From contig JALDZS010000015.1 of assembly GCA_022813965.1 (NCBI GenBank), forward strand, positions 186,001 to 220,830: 34,830 nt of DNA, written 5' to 3'. Each line of letters starts with the position of its first letter. Position 1 is the stretch's first letter. The DNA is from Toensbergia leucococca (Eukaryota). Positions 33,916 through 34,830 of the stretch are shown piece after piece. Under the pieces are notes generated by a model. That model had not been told where the DNA came from, did no database searches, and saw only the letters and a program-made list of their open reading frames with translations. Made by a program: the position numbers and the translations under genes.

Positions 33916-34830
33916 TCATAAATACCAATTGAAGATATCAAGCTTCTTCAGCTTTGTTTGCGAGAACCTTTCCGCATCCACCTCCTGCGTCACTCCATCA
34001 TCCTTTGCGTTAGGCTTAGCATAGCTGTTTCCATTCCCACTCTTTATCGAGGCGTATGCCCTAGCGAAACTTTTAAATGGAGTGTTGTCATCTTTCCACC
34101 ACTCTTCAACGTTGCTGTTGATCAACCCTCTAATCTCCACGCCATTTTCAGGTAATTTTGACGCTTCTCGCAAGACTGTACCATGAAGATCTGCGACTGA
34201 AGGCCCTGGAACTTGAGCGAATTTTGGGTTTCGGGGTCGTTCGGGTGTAGACGTGCGACGTGCTTTTGCTGGCCTAGGGTCATGTAGCACTGAAGGCACA
34301 GGATCCATATTCATGCGTATTGAGGCTTTTTTCGGCGTCTTCGTAGCGGGTGTGTTATCAAAACGAGATCTCGATGGTGTCTGGTTGACTGAAGGCCTAC
34401 GATCCCTAGCTTTTGGAGTATCTTTCCTAGGAGATGGCGGTGTAGAACTGACGGACGAGGATTTCATCCAGGGCAATGAGCGTGGAGTCCTATTCAAAGG
34501 AAACGTAGGGACATCTTCATCTAGCATTTGACTCGAATCGATTTCATCACTATCTCCAGTAAGGTCGATGACTCCTTGTGATAGGGATACAGAGCTTGAC
34601 AAAGAAGACTTCCGAGTGCCGTTGTTTGATAGCTCAGGATCCAAGGTGCTCGATAGCTTCTGATCAACAAAAGCGGTCTTGTTCTTCATGCCGTAATGCT
34701 GCGGTGAGTGTTCGAGCATAGGCTTTGGCGAAGGAGACTTATGACTTGCGACATTTGCCTCTGAAGAGTTTGGCAGAGTTTCCGGAGTCCGCTCTAACTG
34801 ATTATCACAGCCTTTCAAATCACTATTATG
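33916..34830 (-). CDS. 3' part of a gene running off the window: Ser/Pro-rich disordered region with a conserved-looking C-terminal WWKDDNTPFKSFARAY motif
   Basis: Open frame of at least 300 aa reaching close to the window edge, stop at 33916. The aromatic motif stands out from low-complexity sequence. Family not established. Confidence 0.65.
   Translation of the reverse strand, partial: HNSDLKGCDNQLERTPETLPNSSEANVASHKSPSPKPMLEHSPQHYGMKNKTAFVDQKLSSTLDPELSNNGTRKSSLSSSVSLSQGVIDLTGDSDEIDSSQMLDEDVPTFPLNRTPRSLPWMKSSSVSSTPPSPRKDTPKARDRRPSVNQTPSRSRFDNTPATKTPKKASIRMNMDPVPSVLHDPRPAKARRTSTPERPRNPKFAQVPGPSVADLHGTVLREASKLPENGVEIRGLINSNVEEWWKDDNTPFKSFARAYASIKSGNGNSYAKPNAKDDGVTQEVDAERFSQTKLKKLDIFNWYL

Overview
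Gene-dense eukaryotic DNA from a filamentous ascomycete (Pezizomycotina), judged from short GT-AG introns with CTRAY-type branch sites and from the protein families. The species cannot be fixed from sequence alone. Genes, left to right: RIC8/synembryn G-alpha GEF (-), RIF1 (+), hexose-6-phosphate mutarotase (+), MFS transporter (+), DPH2 (+), an uncharacterised F-box-like/LRR-like multi-CxxC protein (+), an uncharacterised membrane protein (+), a short Ppc89/Cep57-like spindle-pole protein (+), TFB3/MAT1 (-), a Bud27/URI prefoldin-like protein (+), a SUR7/PalI tetraspan protein (-), tRNA-Val(UAC) (-) and the 3' part of a further gene (-). The most unusual signal is non-coding. Four intergenic islands (about 13.0, 18.7-19.3, 24.2 and 25.8-26.0 kb) carry the same motif, roughly AAAAGGGGGYGTCMRTGTATCAA, as inverted pairs around unrelated spacers. 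The motif is often doubled at exactly 21-bp spacing. Nearby are long inverted and direct repeats and three decayed copies of one coding fragment. Repeat copies repeatedly differ by TG<->CA swaps, which points to CpG-directed mutation rather than canonical CpA RIP. All alignments and exon models were made by eye; no database searches were run.
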